Positions 43,596-52,660 of a stretch of DNA of 55,336 nucleotides are shown here, one piece after another. Source of the DNA: Syntrophomonadaceae bacterium (GTDB lineage: Bacteria; Bacillota; Dethiobacteria; DTU022; PWGO01); contig PWGO01000004.1 of NCBI GenBank assembly GCA_003554525.1, positions 1-55,336 on the forward strand. The letters are read 5' to 3'. The notes beneath the pieces are model-generated. The model did not search any database. It saw nothing but the letters and a program-made list of their open reading frames with translations, and was not told the DNA's origin. Each line of letters begins with the position of its first letter. Position 1 is the first letter of the stretch. The translations under genes were made by a program, and so were the position numbers.

Positions 43596-45050
43596 ATGTT
43601 AACAGCCGATGAATATATTAAATCTTTGCGGAAGCTAAATCTAAAAGTTTACCTGTTTGGAGAACTGGTAGATAACGTGGTGGATCACCCGGTAATAAAG
43701 CCCTCTATTAACTCCGTGGCCAGGACCTACGAGCTGGCTGCGGATCCGGATTACCGTGAAGTAATGACCGCCCAGTCCAGTTTAAACAGACAGGTAATTA
43801 ACCGTTTTACCCACCTGCATCAGAGCACGGAGGACTTGATTAAAAAAATAAAGATGCAGCGCATTTTGGGCCAGGAAACAGCTTCGTGTTTCCAGAGGTG
43901 TGTGGGCTTTGATGCTTTTAACGCGGTAGACAGCGTAACTTTTGAAATGGATAAAAAGCTGGACACGGATTACCACCATAGATTCCGCCGTTTTATACAA
44001 CAGGTACAGGAGAAAGACCTGGTAGTGGATGGGGCCATGACCGATCCCAAGGGGGACCGTTCTTTGCGCCCCTCGCAGCAAGCCGATCCAGATTTGTACC
44101 TTAGGCTGGTGGAAGAAAGGGAAGACGGAATAGTGGTCAAAGGGGCCAAAACCCACCAGACAGGAGCTCTTTGTTCGCACGAAATCCTGGCCATGCCTAC
44201 CGTGGCCATGGGGGAAGAAGATAGCAATTATGCGCTTTGCTTTGCCGTTCCTAGCGATAGCGATAACCTGGTTTACATATACGGGCGGCAGTCCAGTGAT
44301 ACCCGCAAACTTGAGGGAGGGAACATAGACGTGGGCAACTGCCGCTACGGGGGACACGAGGCGCTGGTAATATTCGATAACGTGTTTGTACCAAAAGAAA
44401 GGGTTTTTATGTGTGGGGAATATGAATTCAGCGGTTCCCTGGTAGAGCGTTTTGCAGGCTACCACCGGCAGAGCTACGGGGGCTGCAAGGTTGGCGTAGG
44501 AGATGTTTTGATCGGGGCGGCAGCACAGATAGCCGAGTACAATGGTGTTCAAAGGGCCTCCCATATCCGGGACAAGATTATAGAAATGGTGAACTTAAAC
44601 GAAACCATATATTCGTGCGGGATTGCCTGTTCCAGCCAGGGGGTACCTACAGCTTCCGGTACTTACCTTATTGATTTGTTGCTAGCAAATGTCTGCAAGC
44701 AGAACGTTACTCGCTATCCTTACGAAATAGCCAGGCTGGCGGAGGATATAGCGGGAGGATTAATGGTAACTCTGCCTTCGGAAAAAGATTTTAACCATCC
44801 CGAGGCGGGCAAGTACCTTAAAAAGTATTTAAAAGGGGTTGACGGAGTAAAGACGGAAAACCGGCTGCGCATGCTGCGGCTGCTGGAAAACATGACCCTG
44901 GGAACTGCGGCAGTGGGTTACCGTACGGAATCCATGCACGGTGCCGGTTCTCCCCAGGCCCAGCGCATCATGATATCGCGCCAGGCTGACCTGGAAAACA
45001 AGAAGAAAATGGCACGGGCTATAGCCGGGATAGAGGAAGAGAAACAGTAA
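43596..45050 (+). CDS. abfD: 4-hydroxybutyryl-CoA dehydratase / vinylacetyl-CoA isomerase-like protein
   Basis: Start at ATG 43596, with GGGAGGGG upstream. MLTADEYIKSLRKLNLKVYLFGE is AbfD-like. CFQRC and HRQSYGGC match the Cys-x3-Cys and His-x6-Cys cluster ligand spacing I recall for AbfD. The related HpaB family is not fully excluded. Confidence 0.75.
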   Translation: MLTADEYIKSLRKLNLKVYLFGELVDNVVDHPVIKPSINSVARTYELAADPDYREVMTAQSSLNRQVINRFTHLHQSTEDLIKKIKMQRILGQETASCFQRCVGFDAFNAVDSVTFEMDKKLDTDYHHRFRRFIQQVQEKDLVVDGAMTDPKGDRSLRPSQQADPDLYLRLVEEREDGIVVKGAKTHQTGALCSHEILAMPTVAMGEEDSNYALCFAVPSDSDNLVYIYGRQSSDTRKLEGGNIDVGNCRYGGHEALVIFDNVFVPKERVFMCGEYEFSGSLVERFAGYHRQSYGGCKVGVGDVLIGAAAQIAEYNGVQRASHIRDKIIEMVNLNETIYSCGIACSSQGVPTASGTYLIDLLLANVCKQNVTRYPYEIARLAEDIAGGLMVTLPSEKDFNHPEAGKYLKKYLKGVDGVKTENRLRMLRLLENMTLGTAAVGYRTESMHGAGSPQAQRIMISRQADLENKKKMARAIAGIEEEKQ

Positions 45051-45600
45051 CTATAGCAAAAACCTCTGAACAAAAACAACTATTGGGAGGGCCGAAGTTA
45101 ATACATGCTCACTTTAGTGATGGTGGCTCTCACAGCAGTTTGCCCGGGTTGGGCAACTCTGTAGACGCTGTATTTGAAGATGGTATATACGCATTTTTTT
45201 CCACCAGATAACACACTCCGGGATAGCTGCAAGTTTAATTAAGAATACCATAACGTTATTAATCAATACAATTGAGTTTACTAAAAGTTTACATATTAAT
45301 TTTTTCCACTTCTCTTTCTACAAAGTATTCCCTGTAAAGGATATTACTATTCAATTACTAATAATGTTGTAACTACTCAGGCCTCTATGTGGATAGGGAA
45401 AAATCAATACAGTGAGCAATTTATACGAGTTTAACAAAATGGCTTGCAATTACAGGCAAGCTGTGGTATTGTTAAATATAATTAATGTTAAAAAGTAGAA
45501 AGAGCAGGCCATTTTTGACTTCTGTAACTTGTTTACAAGGTTAAGCTTATGGTTCTTGAAAAAGTTTTACTTTTTGACAAAAAACATAAGGAGGCCAAAA

Positions 45601-45798
45601 ATGGTCGGTACAGTCAAGTGGTTTAATGCAAATAAAGGGTACGGTTTTATTGAAAGAGATGACGGGGACGATGTTTTTGTCCATTATACCGCTATCAATG
45701 GAGATGGATTTAAAACACTGGAAGAAGGGCAGAAAGTTGAGTTTGAAGTAGTTGAAGGGAGCAAGGGTTTGCAATCCGCAAATGTAACCGTAATTTAA
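45601..45798 (+). CDS. cold-shock protein (CspA family)
   Basis: 65 aa from ATG 45601, with AAGGAGG upstream. [15 protein letters not shown] is RNP1 and VFVHY is RNP2. Confidence 0.95.
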   Translation: MVGTVKWFNANKGYGFIERDDGDDVFVHYTAINGDGFKTLEEGQKVEFEVVEGSKGLQSANVTVI

Positions 45799-45823
45799 AG
45801 TAGCTAAATTTTAAATTAACATG

Positions 45824-45857
45824 GGGCATTTCCGGCTTACCGGGAATGCCCTTGTTT
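45824..45857 (+). terminator. rho-independent terminator after csp
   Basis: GGGCATTTCCGG - ctta - CCGGGAATGCCC (one mismatch), followed by TTGTTTAT. Confidence 0.7.
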
Positions 45858-45964
45858 ATGGGTTATTATGTTATATTGTCGCCTGTTAGCAGGGTCAACT
45901 AAATAAAGAGACAAAGCGGGGCGTAGAGGTCCACGTGATAAAAATTATAAAGGAGAACAAGATC

Positions 45965-47398
45965 ATGTTTACATTTGAAGAGATAGGATTAAGCCGGTAT
46001 GTAATCCAGGCAATTTACGGTATGGGGTTTGAAACCCCTACTACAATCCAGGAAAAGGCTGTTCCTCCAGCTATAAAAGGCCAGGATTTGATAGGGCAGG
46101 CCCAGACCGGCACCGGGAAGACGGCGGCTTTTGGTATACCTATGGTAGAAAAAATTGATGCCGCTAAAGGTAGTATCCAGGGGTTGGTAATCACGCCTAC
46201 CCGTGAACTGGCTGTCCAGGTAGCTACAGAGATTAATACTATCGGGCAGTACAAAGGGGTACGTGCTTTACCTGTTTTTGGAGGGCAGGATATAAACCGT
46301 CAAATAAAGGCTCTTAAAAAAAAGCCCCAGGTAATTGTCGGTACGCCGGGGCGGCTTATGGATCACATGATGCGGAAAACCATCCGGCTGGCAAGCGTAA
46401 CAGTGGCGGTATTGGATGAAGCTGACGAAATGCTGAATATGGGGTTTATTGAAGATATTGAAACTATAATGCATGAAGTGCCAGAGCAGCGGCAAACGTT
46501 ACTTTTTTCAGCTACCATTCCAAAATCGATCCAGGATCTGGCCCAACGTTTTATGAAGGAGCCCCAGGTATTAAAAACCAGGCCCAAAGAAGTAACTGTT
46601 TCCAACACAGAACAGTTTTATATCGAGGTTTCGGAAAGACAAAAGTTTGATGTGTTGTGTCGAATTTTAGATCTGCAATCCCCCGATATGGCCATAGTTT
46701 TTGGGCGAACCAAAAGGCGGGTGGATGAACTAAATGAAGCCTTAAACAAGCGCGGGTATTCCGCGGAGGGCATTCACGGGGATTTAACCCAGGCAAGAAG
46801 AGATAGTGTAATGCATAACTTTAAACAGGCAAATACAGAGCTTTTGGTAGCTACAGATGTTGCAGCCCGGGGATTGGATATAGGAGGGGTAACCCACGTA
46901 TATAACTTTGATATACCCCAGGACCCGGACAGCTATGTTCACCGTATTGGCCGCACCGGGCGCCTGGGTAAAACCGGGATGGCTATTACCCTGGTGACTC
47001 CAAGGGAAATAACCCATTTGAGAACGATTGAATCGTCAATTAAAAGAAAAATTAAAAGGCAGCCTATACCCACTATGAGCGAAGTGATGGAAGGACAGAG
47101 CCGTCTTACGTTAGAAAAGTTGAGGCAGGTGGTAAAAGAAGAAGATCTGCGGCCGTATTATGAAGCTGCAGAATCACTATTAGAAGAAATAGATTCCGTT
47201 TCCCTTTTATCGGCGGCTTTAAAAATACTAACCAGGGAACCAGACAGCACGCCGGTAAGCCTTACCGAAGAGCGGCCTCAGCAGAAGAATAAAAAACATG
47301 CCAGGGGGAAGGAGGAATTTTACCGGAAACATGATAAAAAATCCAAGGGTGGGAAGGGAAAAAGAAGAAATTACTACCGGGACGACAGGAAGCGGTAA
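45965..47398 (+). CDS. cshA: DEAD-box ATP-dependent RNA helicase with basic C-terminal tail
   Basis: Start at ATG 45965, with AAGGAG 9 nt upstream. Motifs [18 protein letters not shown] (VLDEADEML), SAT and HRIGRTGR. The gene symbol is by analogy only. Confidence 0.9.
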   Translation: MFTFEEIGLSRYVIQAIYGMGFETPTTIQEKAVPPAIKGQDLIGQAQTGTGKTAAFGIPMVEKIDAAKGSIQGLVITPTRELAVQVATEINTIGQYKGVRALPVFGGQDINRQIKALKKKPQVIVGTPGRLMDHMMRKTIRLASVTVAVLDEADEMLNMGFIEDIETIMHEVPEQRQTLLFSATIPKSIQDLAQRFMKEPQVLKTRPKEVTVSNTEQFYIEVSERQKFDVLCRILDLQSPDMAIVFGRTKRRVDELNEALNKRGYSAEGIHGDLTQARRDSVMHNFKQANTELLVATDVAARGLDIGGVTHVYNFDIPQDPDSYVHRIGRTGRLGKTGMAITLVTPREITHLRTIESSIKRKIKRQPIPTMSEVMEGQSRLTLEKLRQVVKEEDLRPYYEAAESLLEEIDSVSLLSAALKILTREPDSTPVSLTEERPQQKNKKHARGKEEFYRKHDKKSKGGKGKRRNYYRDDRKR

Positions 47399-47557
47399 AC
47401 AGTATTGATTTGTTCATGTTTATAGTAATTTGAGGGAGGGCAATACAGCAGCGCTGGTTTATTGTTTTTTCTGCCTGGCTTGCTCTGTGCGGTGTTATAA
47501 GTTTACATTAACTCGGTTACATCAACTCGGAAGGTAGAGAAACAATAAACCTGAACC

Positions 47558-47586
47558 TTGATCCGCCTGGTTTTATATATTATAAT
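47558..47586 (+). promoter_or_regulatory. sigma-A promoter for tRNA-Thr
   Basis: TTGATC - 17 nt - TATAAT. The -10 ends 16 nt before the mature tRNA 5' end. Confidence 0.55.
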
Positions 47587-47602
47587 AATATACGCAATGC
47601 GC

Positions 47603-47677
47603 GCCGGCGTAGCTCAAGGGCAGAGCAGCTGATTTGTAATCAGCAGGTTACCAGTTCAAATCTGGTCGCCGGCTCCA
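47603..47677 (+). tRNA. tRNA-Thr (anticodon UGU), CCA encoded
   Basis: Hand-folded 75-nt cloverleaf. Acceptor GCCGGCG/CGCCGGC, D stem GCTC/GAGC, anticodon stem GCTGA/TCAGC with loop TTTGTAA, T stem ACCAG/CTGGT with loop TTCAAAT, discriminator T, then CCA. Confidence 0.9.
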
Positions 47678-47691
47678 GATTTGAAGGGATT

Positions 47692-47724
47692 GAGGGCTTG
47701 GCTAAAATTACCAAGCCCTCTTTA
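47692..47724 (+). terminator. rho-independent terminator after the tRNA
   Basis: GAGGGCTTGG - 9-nt loop - CCAAGCCCTC, then TTT. Confidence 0.75.
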
Positions 47725-47748
47725 GTGTGCATATAGTGTGCCTAGAAC

Positions 47749-47988
47749 TTATTTATTAGCTGCGGTATGAAATAAAAGGTCTTCAAGTTTTTGTGTAGCT
47801 TGTTCTTGCATAGTGGGAAGAACGTGGGAATAAGCGCCTCAGGTCAATCATTTTTTATATGCCGACTGGTACGGATAATTAAACGGCAATTTCATAATTA
47901 CATTTCGGACAGCCTTAATAATTTTTGCAGCCAGAAATACATGCTTCAAACGGAAGGTTTTAATCTGTTGTCTGTATTCCGCTGTTTT
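47749..47988 (-). pseudogene. decayed 3' fragment of a tyrosine recombinase (phage-type integrase)
   Basis: The minus strand reads ...FRLKHVFLAAK...YKK*LT*GAYSHVLPTMQEQATQKLEDLLFHTAANK*. Y-S-H-V-L-P-x-M-Q is the catalytic-Tyr tail of many integrases. An upstream L-K-H sits at about the right distance for the H-x-x-R box. There are two in-frame stops and no N-terminal part. Confidence 0.45.
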
Positions 47989-48216
47989 TTAAAGAACTAG
48001 ATTTGCGCCCTTATGTAACAACCCCCTTGCGCAGCAGTGGATGCCTGAGTAGTTACATTTTTATAAGTATTTGCACAAAAGAAGTTTTGCTATACCTAGA
48101 AGGAAATAAGCAATAATTTAAAGAATATATTAGTTACCTATTAGTTACCTACATTTTAATAAGTCCCGGCCGATGATTTCACAAGTTTATTCTTATAATT
48201 TTAAGATGAGGTGTTC

Positions 48217-49320
48217 ATGATGCGTCTTGTTCCTATTGAAAAAGTTCAACCCGGCAGTACCCTGGCCCGCTCCATTTACAGCTCCGGTGGTCAGCTCATT
48301 TTAAGAAACGGGGTAGAGCTAAAACCCCACTACCTGCAGTACCTGAAAGATCTGGGCGTAAAGCGTATATACCTCCAAGACAAAGAGCTGGAAGGAGAGG
48401 AAGAAGTAAAAGAAGTAGAAGACGTTATAACTGAAACCACGAAAATGGAAGCCCGCACTGCCCTGAACAATGTTTTTAAGTTTGCTGGAAGCCAAAATGT
48501 GCCCCAAAAAGCTTTAATTGACGATAAGTTGAGGAAAGTTACCACCGAGATTATTGAAGAACTTTTAAGTCAAAAAGAAGTGGTAGTGCAGCTTTCGGAA
48601 ATTAAAACGGAAGATAACTACTTGATTTCCCACTCGGTAAGTATAACTGCTCTTTCGGTAATACTGTTAAAAAAGATGAACTACCCGCACTCAAAAATCA
48701 AGCGGATGGCAACAGGGTTTTTGCTGCTGGACCTGGGTGCGGCCAAGCTGCCCGAACATTTACTGGCCAAAGAAGAAGATCAGCTTTCTGACAATGAAAA
48801 GAAAATTGTCCATGAACATCCCAGGTACGGGTACGATATGTTAAAAAAAACTGACTTGTTTACCGAGGAAGCAGGTAGAATTATTTACCAGCACCACGAA
48901 AGGATTGGGGGGCAGGGTTACCCCCAGGGATTAAAACAGGATGAAATATCAATTCCGGCCAGGATAGCAGCGGTAACCGATGTTTATGACACCTTGATTT
49001 CTCCACGCCCGGGGAAGACACCGTTTCAGCCATACCAGGCAATTAACTACATGCTGAAACACGAGCAGGAAAAACTGGACCCGGAAATAATGCAGGCCCT
49101 GTTTACTTTTGTAGCCGCTTACCCGGTGGGGACTCATGTTCGTTTAAGCAACGGGGACAGCGGCATAGTAATAGGAAATACCCCGGGTTATACATTTAAC
49201 CCCAAGGTTAAAGTTCTTTACCAGGGGGAAAACCTGGAGAACCACCCGGATCCGTATGAGATCAACCTGGCTCAAAATTTGGATTTTGTAGTTGAAGAAG
49301 TTATCGACGACAGGGCTTGA
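48217..49320 (+). CDS. HD-GYP domain protein (probable c-di-GMP phosphodiesterase / signalling protein)
   Basis: HHERIGGQGYPQGL is the HHExxDGxGYP-type motif. Upstream His/Asp blocks are present (ISHSVS..., VHEHPRYG). The start is ATG 48217 or 48220. Confidence 0.85.
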   Translation: MMRLVPIEKVQPGSTLARSIYSSGGQLILRNGVELKPHYLQYLKDLGVKRIYLQDKELEGEEEVKEVEDVITETTKMEARTALNNVFKFAGSQNVPQKALIDDKLRKVTTEIIEELLSQKEVVVQLSEIKTEDNYLISHSVSITALSVILLKKMNYPHSKIKRMATGFLLLDLGAAKLPEHLLAKEEDQLSDNEKKIVHEHPRYGYDMLKKTDLFTEEAGRIIYQHHERIGGQGYPQGLKQDEISIPARIAAVTDVYDTLISPRPGKTPFQPYQAINYMLKHEQEKLDPEIMQALFTFVAAYPVGTHVRLSNGDSGIVIGNTPGYTFNPKVKVLYQGENLENHPDPYEINLAQNLDFVVEEVIDDRA

Positions 49321-49335
49321 GTGTTTGAACCAAGC

Positions 49336-50427
49336 CTACATGTTTTTATGTTCAAGCAGGTTCTCCATTTTATGGGCCAGGCGGTTGATTTTTTGGTCCA
49401 TTTCATGCCAGCGATCTTCTAACCGGTTTTCCAGTTCTTTAATGGATGCCGTGGTATCCTGGTAATTTTCACGCCTTTCTTCACGGTTTATTGCCGGTTC
49501 CGTTTGTTTCCCTTTTTCCCCGTAGGGATAAGTTTCTTTTTCCGGGATTTCCCCCCGGTTTTTATATGCCTGCCAGGCTTCTATTAACTTGCGGCTTCCT
49601 TCATCAAACTTGCCGGCTGTATAATCAATACCCTCCAGGATTTCGCTAACCCCGGCGGAAAACAGCAGCTGGTAAAGCCGGTGGTTAGCCCGTGCTTCGT
49701 CAATAATTTCCTGGGTTATTATATCACCTTTATTTACCAGTGTTTTGCCGCTTGCGGTGCTGACAGTGTAGCCTGCTTCTTTACCCAGTGCGTGTTCAAT
49801 AGTTCTAACTTCCAGTGAACGCCCCAGGACGCGCGCTTTATCTTCCAGGCTTGAAGACCATGTTTCTGTAGGATATTTTACGGCTTCCCCGGCCTTTGTT
49901 TCAGCACGGGAGTCTTCTTTAATGTTTTCCGGCAGGGCCTCTATATTTTTAATACTGCTGCTGGTGCTTATAATAAAATCTCTTCCAAAATTCATTATGT
50001 TGTTTAATGGCAAGTAACCGCGTCCACCGGGGAAAGAAGCTGCAGTACCGCCTTTAATTACCAGGGCCTGCAGTTTTCCGGTAGCCGGGTCAAAAGTAAA
50101 ATCTTCTACTGTACCTACCAGCTTGCCTTCTTCGCTTATGACCTGTTGTTCAAGCAGACTGTTTTCCAGCTGTTTTTCCAACTCCGGGGTATTAGTCAGT
50201 TTAATAGCTTCTTCTTCGCTTCCTACGGTAATTGCATCCTGGCCGATACTGCGGAGCTGGTCAAAAAACACGGCTGCTGATTTGGTTTTTAAAAATACTT
50301 TTTCTCCTACTACCAGGGCGTTTACTTTTTTATTTTCTACATCCACGGCTACTTCCTGTACTTTTCCCAGCATTTTTCCCGTTTGCAGGGTAATTACGGG
50401 CAGGCTGCGTATTAATTTGCTTTCCAT
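49336..50427 (-). CDS. PRC-barrel-domain-like protein (two tandem barrel-like segments plus a charged C-terminal region)
   Basis: LPVITLQTGKMLGKVQEVAVDVENKKVNALVV and VISEEGKLVGTVEDFTFDPATGKLQALVI resemble PRC-barrel repeats. The function is unknown. Confidence 0.55.
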   Translation of the reverse strand: MESKLIRSLPVITLQTGKMLGKVQEVAVDVENKKVNALVVGEKVFLKTKSAAVFFDQLRSIGQDAITVGSEEEAIKLTNTPELEKQLENSLLEQQVISEEGKLVGTVEDFTFDPATGKLQALVIKGGTAASFPGGRGYLPLNNIMNFGRDFIISTSSSIKNIEALPENIKEDSRAETKAGEAVKYPTETWSSSLEDKARVLGRSLEVRTIEHALGKEAGYTVSTASGKTLVNKGDIITQEIIDEARANHRLYQLLFSAGVSEILEGIDYTAGKFDEGSRKLIEAWQAYKNRGEIPEKETYPYGEKGKQTEPAINREERRENYQDTTASIKELENRLEDRWHEMDQKINRLAHKMENLLEHKNM

Positions 50428-50607
50428 ATAGTAAAATAAACCTCCTTGAAAATTTAAGTGTCTTTTAAAATATAACCCTTTTAAAGTATAACCATAGAAA
50501 AAAATTTTATAGAGGGAGGGGAAAAGAATTTTAATATAAACTGTTCAGTATCTTTTTAAAATATATTATGAAAATTTTCAATCCGGGTGAAATCCGGGTG
50601 TGGGATT

Positions 50608-50635
50608 TTGCATATAGTTCAGGTAATGATATAAT
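50608..50635 (+). promoter_or_regulatory. sigma-A promoter (with extended -10) for the tsaE-tsaB-rimI operon
   Basis: TTGCAT - 16 nt - TGaTATAAT, which ends 16 nt before the TTG at 50652. Confidence 0.55.
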
Positions 50636-50651
50636 ATAATTAAGGAAAATA

Positions 50652-51227
50652 TTGAAAACAAAATGGAAAAAGCGTGAAACCATGAAAACCGGCAAGGTGC
50701 TTATTTCTACTACTGAAGAAAAAGAAACAATGGTCGTTGGCGAAGCCCTGGGATTTATAATTAAAGAGCCCCTGGTAATTGCTATAGACGGCGATTTGGG
50801 AGCGGGCAAAACAACGCTGGTAAGGGGAGCCGCCCTTGGTCTGGAAGTTGAGGGGAAAATCCGCAGCCCGACATTTAACCTCTTGCGGGTATACCGGGGA
50901 AGATTGCCGGTATACCACTTCGATTTTTACCGACTGGAAGTTGAAGAAGAGTTGTTTGATCTGGGGCTAGAGGAATACCTTGAAGGTCAGGGTGTGGTTT
51001 TTATTGAGTGGGCTAACAAGTTTCCTTCATTTCTTCCGGGAGAATACCTGGAAGTGTACCTGGAACGGGTTTGTGGAGAAGGGGGCAACCGGCAAGAGTG
51101 GAGGAACCTGTATTTTAACCCGCGCGGTGATTACTACGAGCGTCTTTTAGATATCTTTTTGGAAAATACCTGCTACGATTTCCAGGGTAGAATTAACTAC
51201 CGGGGAAGGGATATTAAAGAGGAATAA
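50652..51227 (+). CDS. tsaE: tRNA t6A37 biosynthesis ATPase TsaE
   Basis: IAIDGDLGAGKTTLVRG (P-loop), SPTFNL and YHFDFYRL are TsaE signatures. The start is either TTG 50652 or ATG 50682. It has a ~35-aa C-terminal extension relative to the usual ~150 aa. Confidence 0.8.
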   Translation: MKTKWKKRETMKTGKVLISTTEEKETMVVGEALGFIIKEPLVIAIDGDLGAGKTTLVRGAALGLEVEGKIRSPTFNLLRVYRGRLPVYHFDFYRLEVEEELFDLGLEEYLEGQGVVFIEWANKFPSFLPGEYLEVYLERVCGEGGNRQEWRNLYFNPRGDYYERLLDIFLENTCYDFQGRINYRGRDIKEE

Positions 51228-51240
51228 AGGGGTAATAAAG

Positions 51241-51945
51241 TTGATTATACTTGGGCTTGATACGACGTCTAAAACCTGCAGCGTGGCCTTGCTGGAGGGT
51301 GATAATGTTATAGCCGAATATACGCAGAACCTTCCCCGAACTCATTCGGAGAAGTTGATGCCTTTAATAGACACTGTTTTTAGAGATACTGGTTACGGCC
51401 CGAAAGACCTGGATGCAGTTGCAGTATCGCGGGGCCCCGGTTCTTTCACCGGTCTCCGTATCGGTGTTTCTACAGCCCGCGCTTTGACGCAGGGACTGGG
51501 ACTGCCTGCAGCTGGAATATGCACCCTGGAGGTGCTTGCCAGGGGAGCTTTTGTTGGTAATAATCTGGTTTGCCCGGTGCTGGATGCCAGAAAAAGCCAG
51601 GTTTATACTGCATTGTACCGCTTCAATAAATCATTTTCCAATCTGGAAATCCTGCAAGGACCTTTTGCCGTGAGTATAGAAAGTCTCTTAGAGCTGCTTT
51701 CCCGCTACCATGAACCGGTGGTTTTTAACGGGGACGGGGTTATTCCTTACGGGGAAATATTTAAAAAAAGGCTTAAAGAGAGGTATTTGCATTTGCCCCA
51801 TCCTTTAAGTTACCCTCGCGCTTCGCTGGTAGCCTGGTGTGCTTTAAAGCGCGTAGAGGAAGGAATACCTTTAACTTCATACCTGGAGCTAAAGCCGCTT
51901 TATTTAAGGGTTTCCGAAGCAGAGAGGGCACAACAGAGAGAATAG
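51241..51945 (+). CDS. tsaB: tRNA t6A37 biosynthesis protein TsaB
   Basis: ILGLDTTSKTCSVALLEG..., VSRGPGSFTGLRIG. TTG start. Confidence 0.85.
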   Translation: MIILGLDTTSKTCSVALLEGDNVIAEYTQNLPRTHSEKLMPLIDTVFRDTGYGPKDLDAVAVSRGPGSFTGLRIGVSTARALTQGLGLPAAGICTLEVLARGAFVGNNLVCPVLDARKSQVYTALYRFNKSFSNLEILQGPFAVSIESLLELLSRYHEPVVFNGDGVIPYGEIFKKRLKERYLHLPHPLSYPRASLVAWCALKRVEEGIPLTSYLELKPLYLRVSEAERAQQRE

Positions 51946-51990
51946 CAGCGGCCAGGTGGTGTAAAGGCTGCTTCCCGGGAGGAACAGATC

Positions 51991-52512
51991 GTGGCTAATT
52001 TGGGGGATGAAAACAAAAACGGTTCAGGCAAACCGAAAATTAAACGCCTGGGTATCCGGCCCATGAAGTGGGGAGATCTTAACCAGGTGATGGAAATTGA
52101 AACCCTGTCGTTTATGAGGCCGTGGAATATAAACGGTTTTATAATGGAAATTGTATTTAACAGCCTCTCTTGCTACCTGGTAGCTTTGGATAAAACAGAA
52201 AAAGAAAAGGTAGTGGGTTATGGGGGTATCTGGTTTATGTCCCAGAGGGCGCATATCACTACTCTGGCAGTTCATCCTCGCTACCACAACTGTGGGGTAG
52301 GAAGCAAACTGGTAAACAGCTTAAAACAGAGAGCGCGCTACCGGGGATGCACCCGCATGACCCTGGAAGTCAGGGTCAGCAACGAGGCTGCACGGCATCT
52401 TTATCAAAAGCACGGGTTTACCGTGAGCAGCGTCAGCCCCGATTATTATTACGATGAAGATGCGCTGGTTATGGAAATCAACCTGTTAAAAGAAAGAAGC
52501 GAGCAGGTGTAG
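51991..52512 (+). CDS. rimI: ribosomal-protein-alanine N-acetyltransferase (GNAT)
   Basis: The GNAT core is LAVHPRYHNCGVGSKLVNSL...LEVRVSNEAARHLYQKHGF. The tsaB-rimI-tsaD context is conserved. GTG start is uncertain. Confidence 0.8.
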   Translation: MANLGDENKNGSGKPKIKRLGIRPMKWGDLNQVMEIETLSFMRPWNINGFIMEIVFNSLSCYLVALDKTEKEKVVGYGGIWFMSQRAHITTLAVHPRYHNCGVGSKLVNSLKQRARYRGCTRMTLEVRVSNEAARHLYQKHGFTVSSVSPDYYYDEDALVMEINLLKERSEQV

Positions 52513-52535
52513 CTGTTAATAAATCGTAAATATTC

Positions 52536-52574
52536 ATGGGGTGAAAGCTTAGAGAATAAAAGCACCCCATTTTT
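52536..52574 (+). terminator. hairpin + T-run after rimI
   Basis: ATGGGGTG - 19-nt loop - CACCCCAT, then TTTT. The loop is long. Confidence 0.45.
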
Positions 52575-52660
52575 AATTACTTCTCCACCAGGGGGATGCG
52601 GGGTTAAATTGATAAAAAGTTGTATTTTTACAAATCCGAACTATAAAGAGGTACAATATC

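Noticed and set aside
45105-45164. 19-codon hydrophobic mini-ORF (MLTLVMVALTAVCPGWATL) after abfD
   Set aside because: The only SD-like sequence (GGGAGGG) is about 14 nt from the ATG, the ORF is very short, and I have no supporting context. It is mentioned in a finding but not called as a feature.
47441-47470. Imperfect hairpin + TTTTTT after the DEAD-box helicase gene
   Set aside because: The stem is only 4 bp plus a second 4-5 bp segment across an internal loop. It may terminate transcription, but the structure is too weak to call.
47791-48000. 69-aa plus-strand ORF next to the tRNA
   Set aside because: It is antisense to the decayed integrase fragment, with no RBS and no motif. The integrase-tail similarity on the other strand explains the sequence better.
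50577-50607. Direct repeat AATCCGGGTG/AAATCCGGGTG that resembles a tRNA T-arm; considered as an att-site remnant matching tRNA-Thr
   Set aside because: It does not match the 3' half of the tRNA-Thr at 47603..47677 (TTCAAATCTGGTCGCCGGC) beyond a few bases. More likely it is part of the divergent promoter region.
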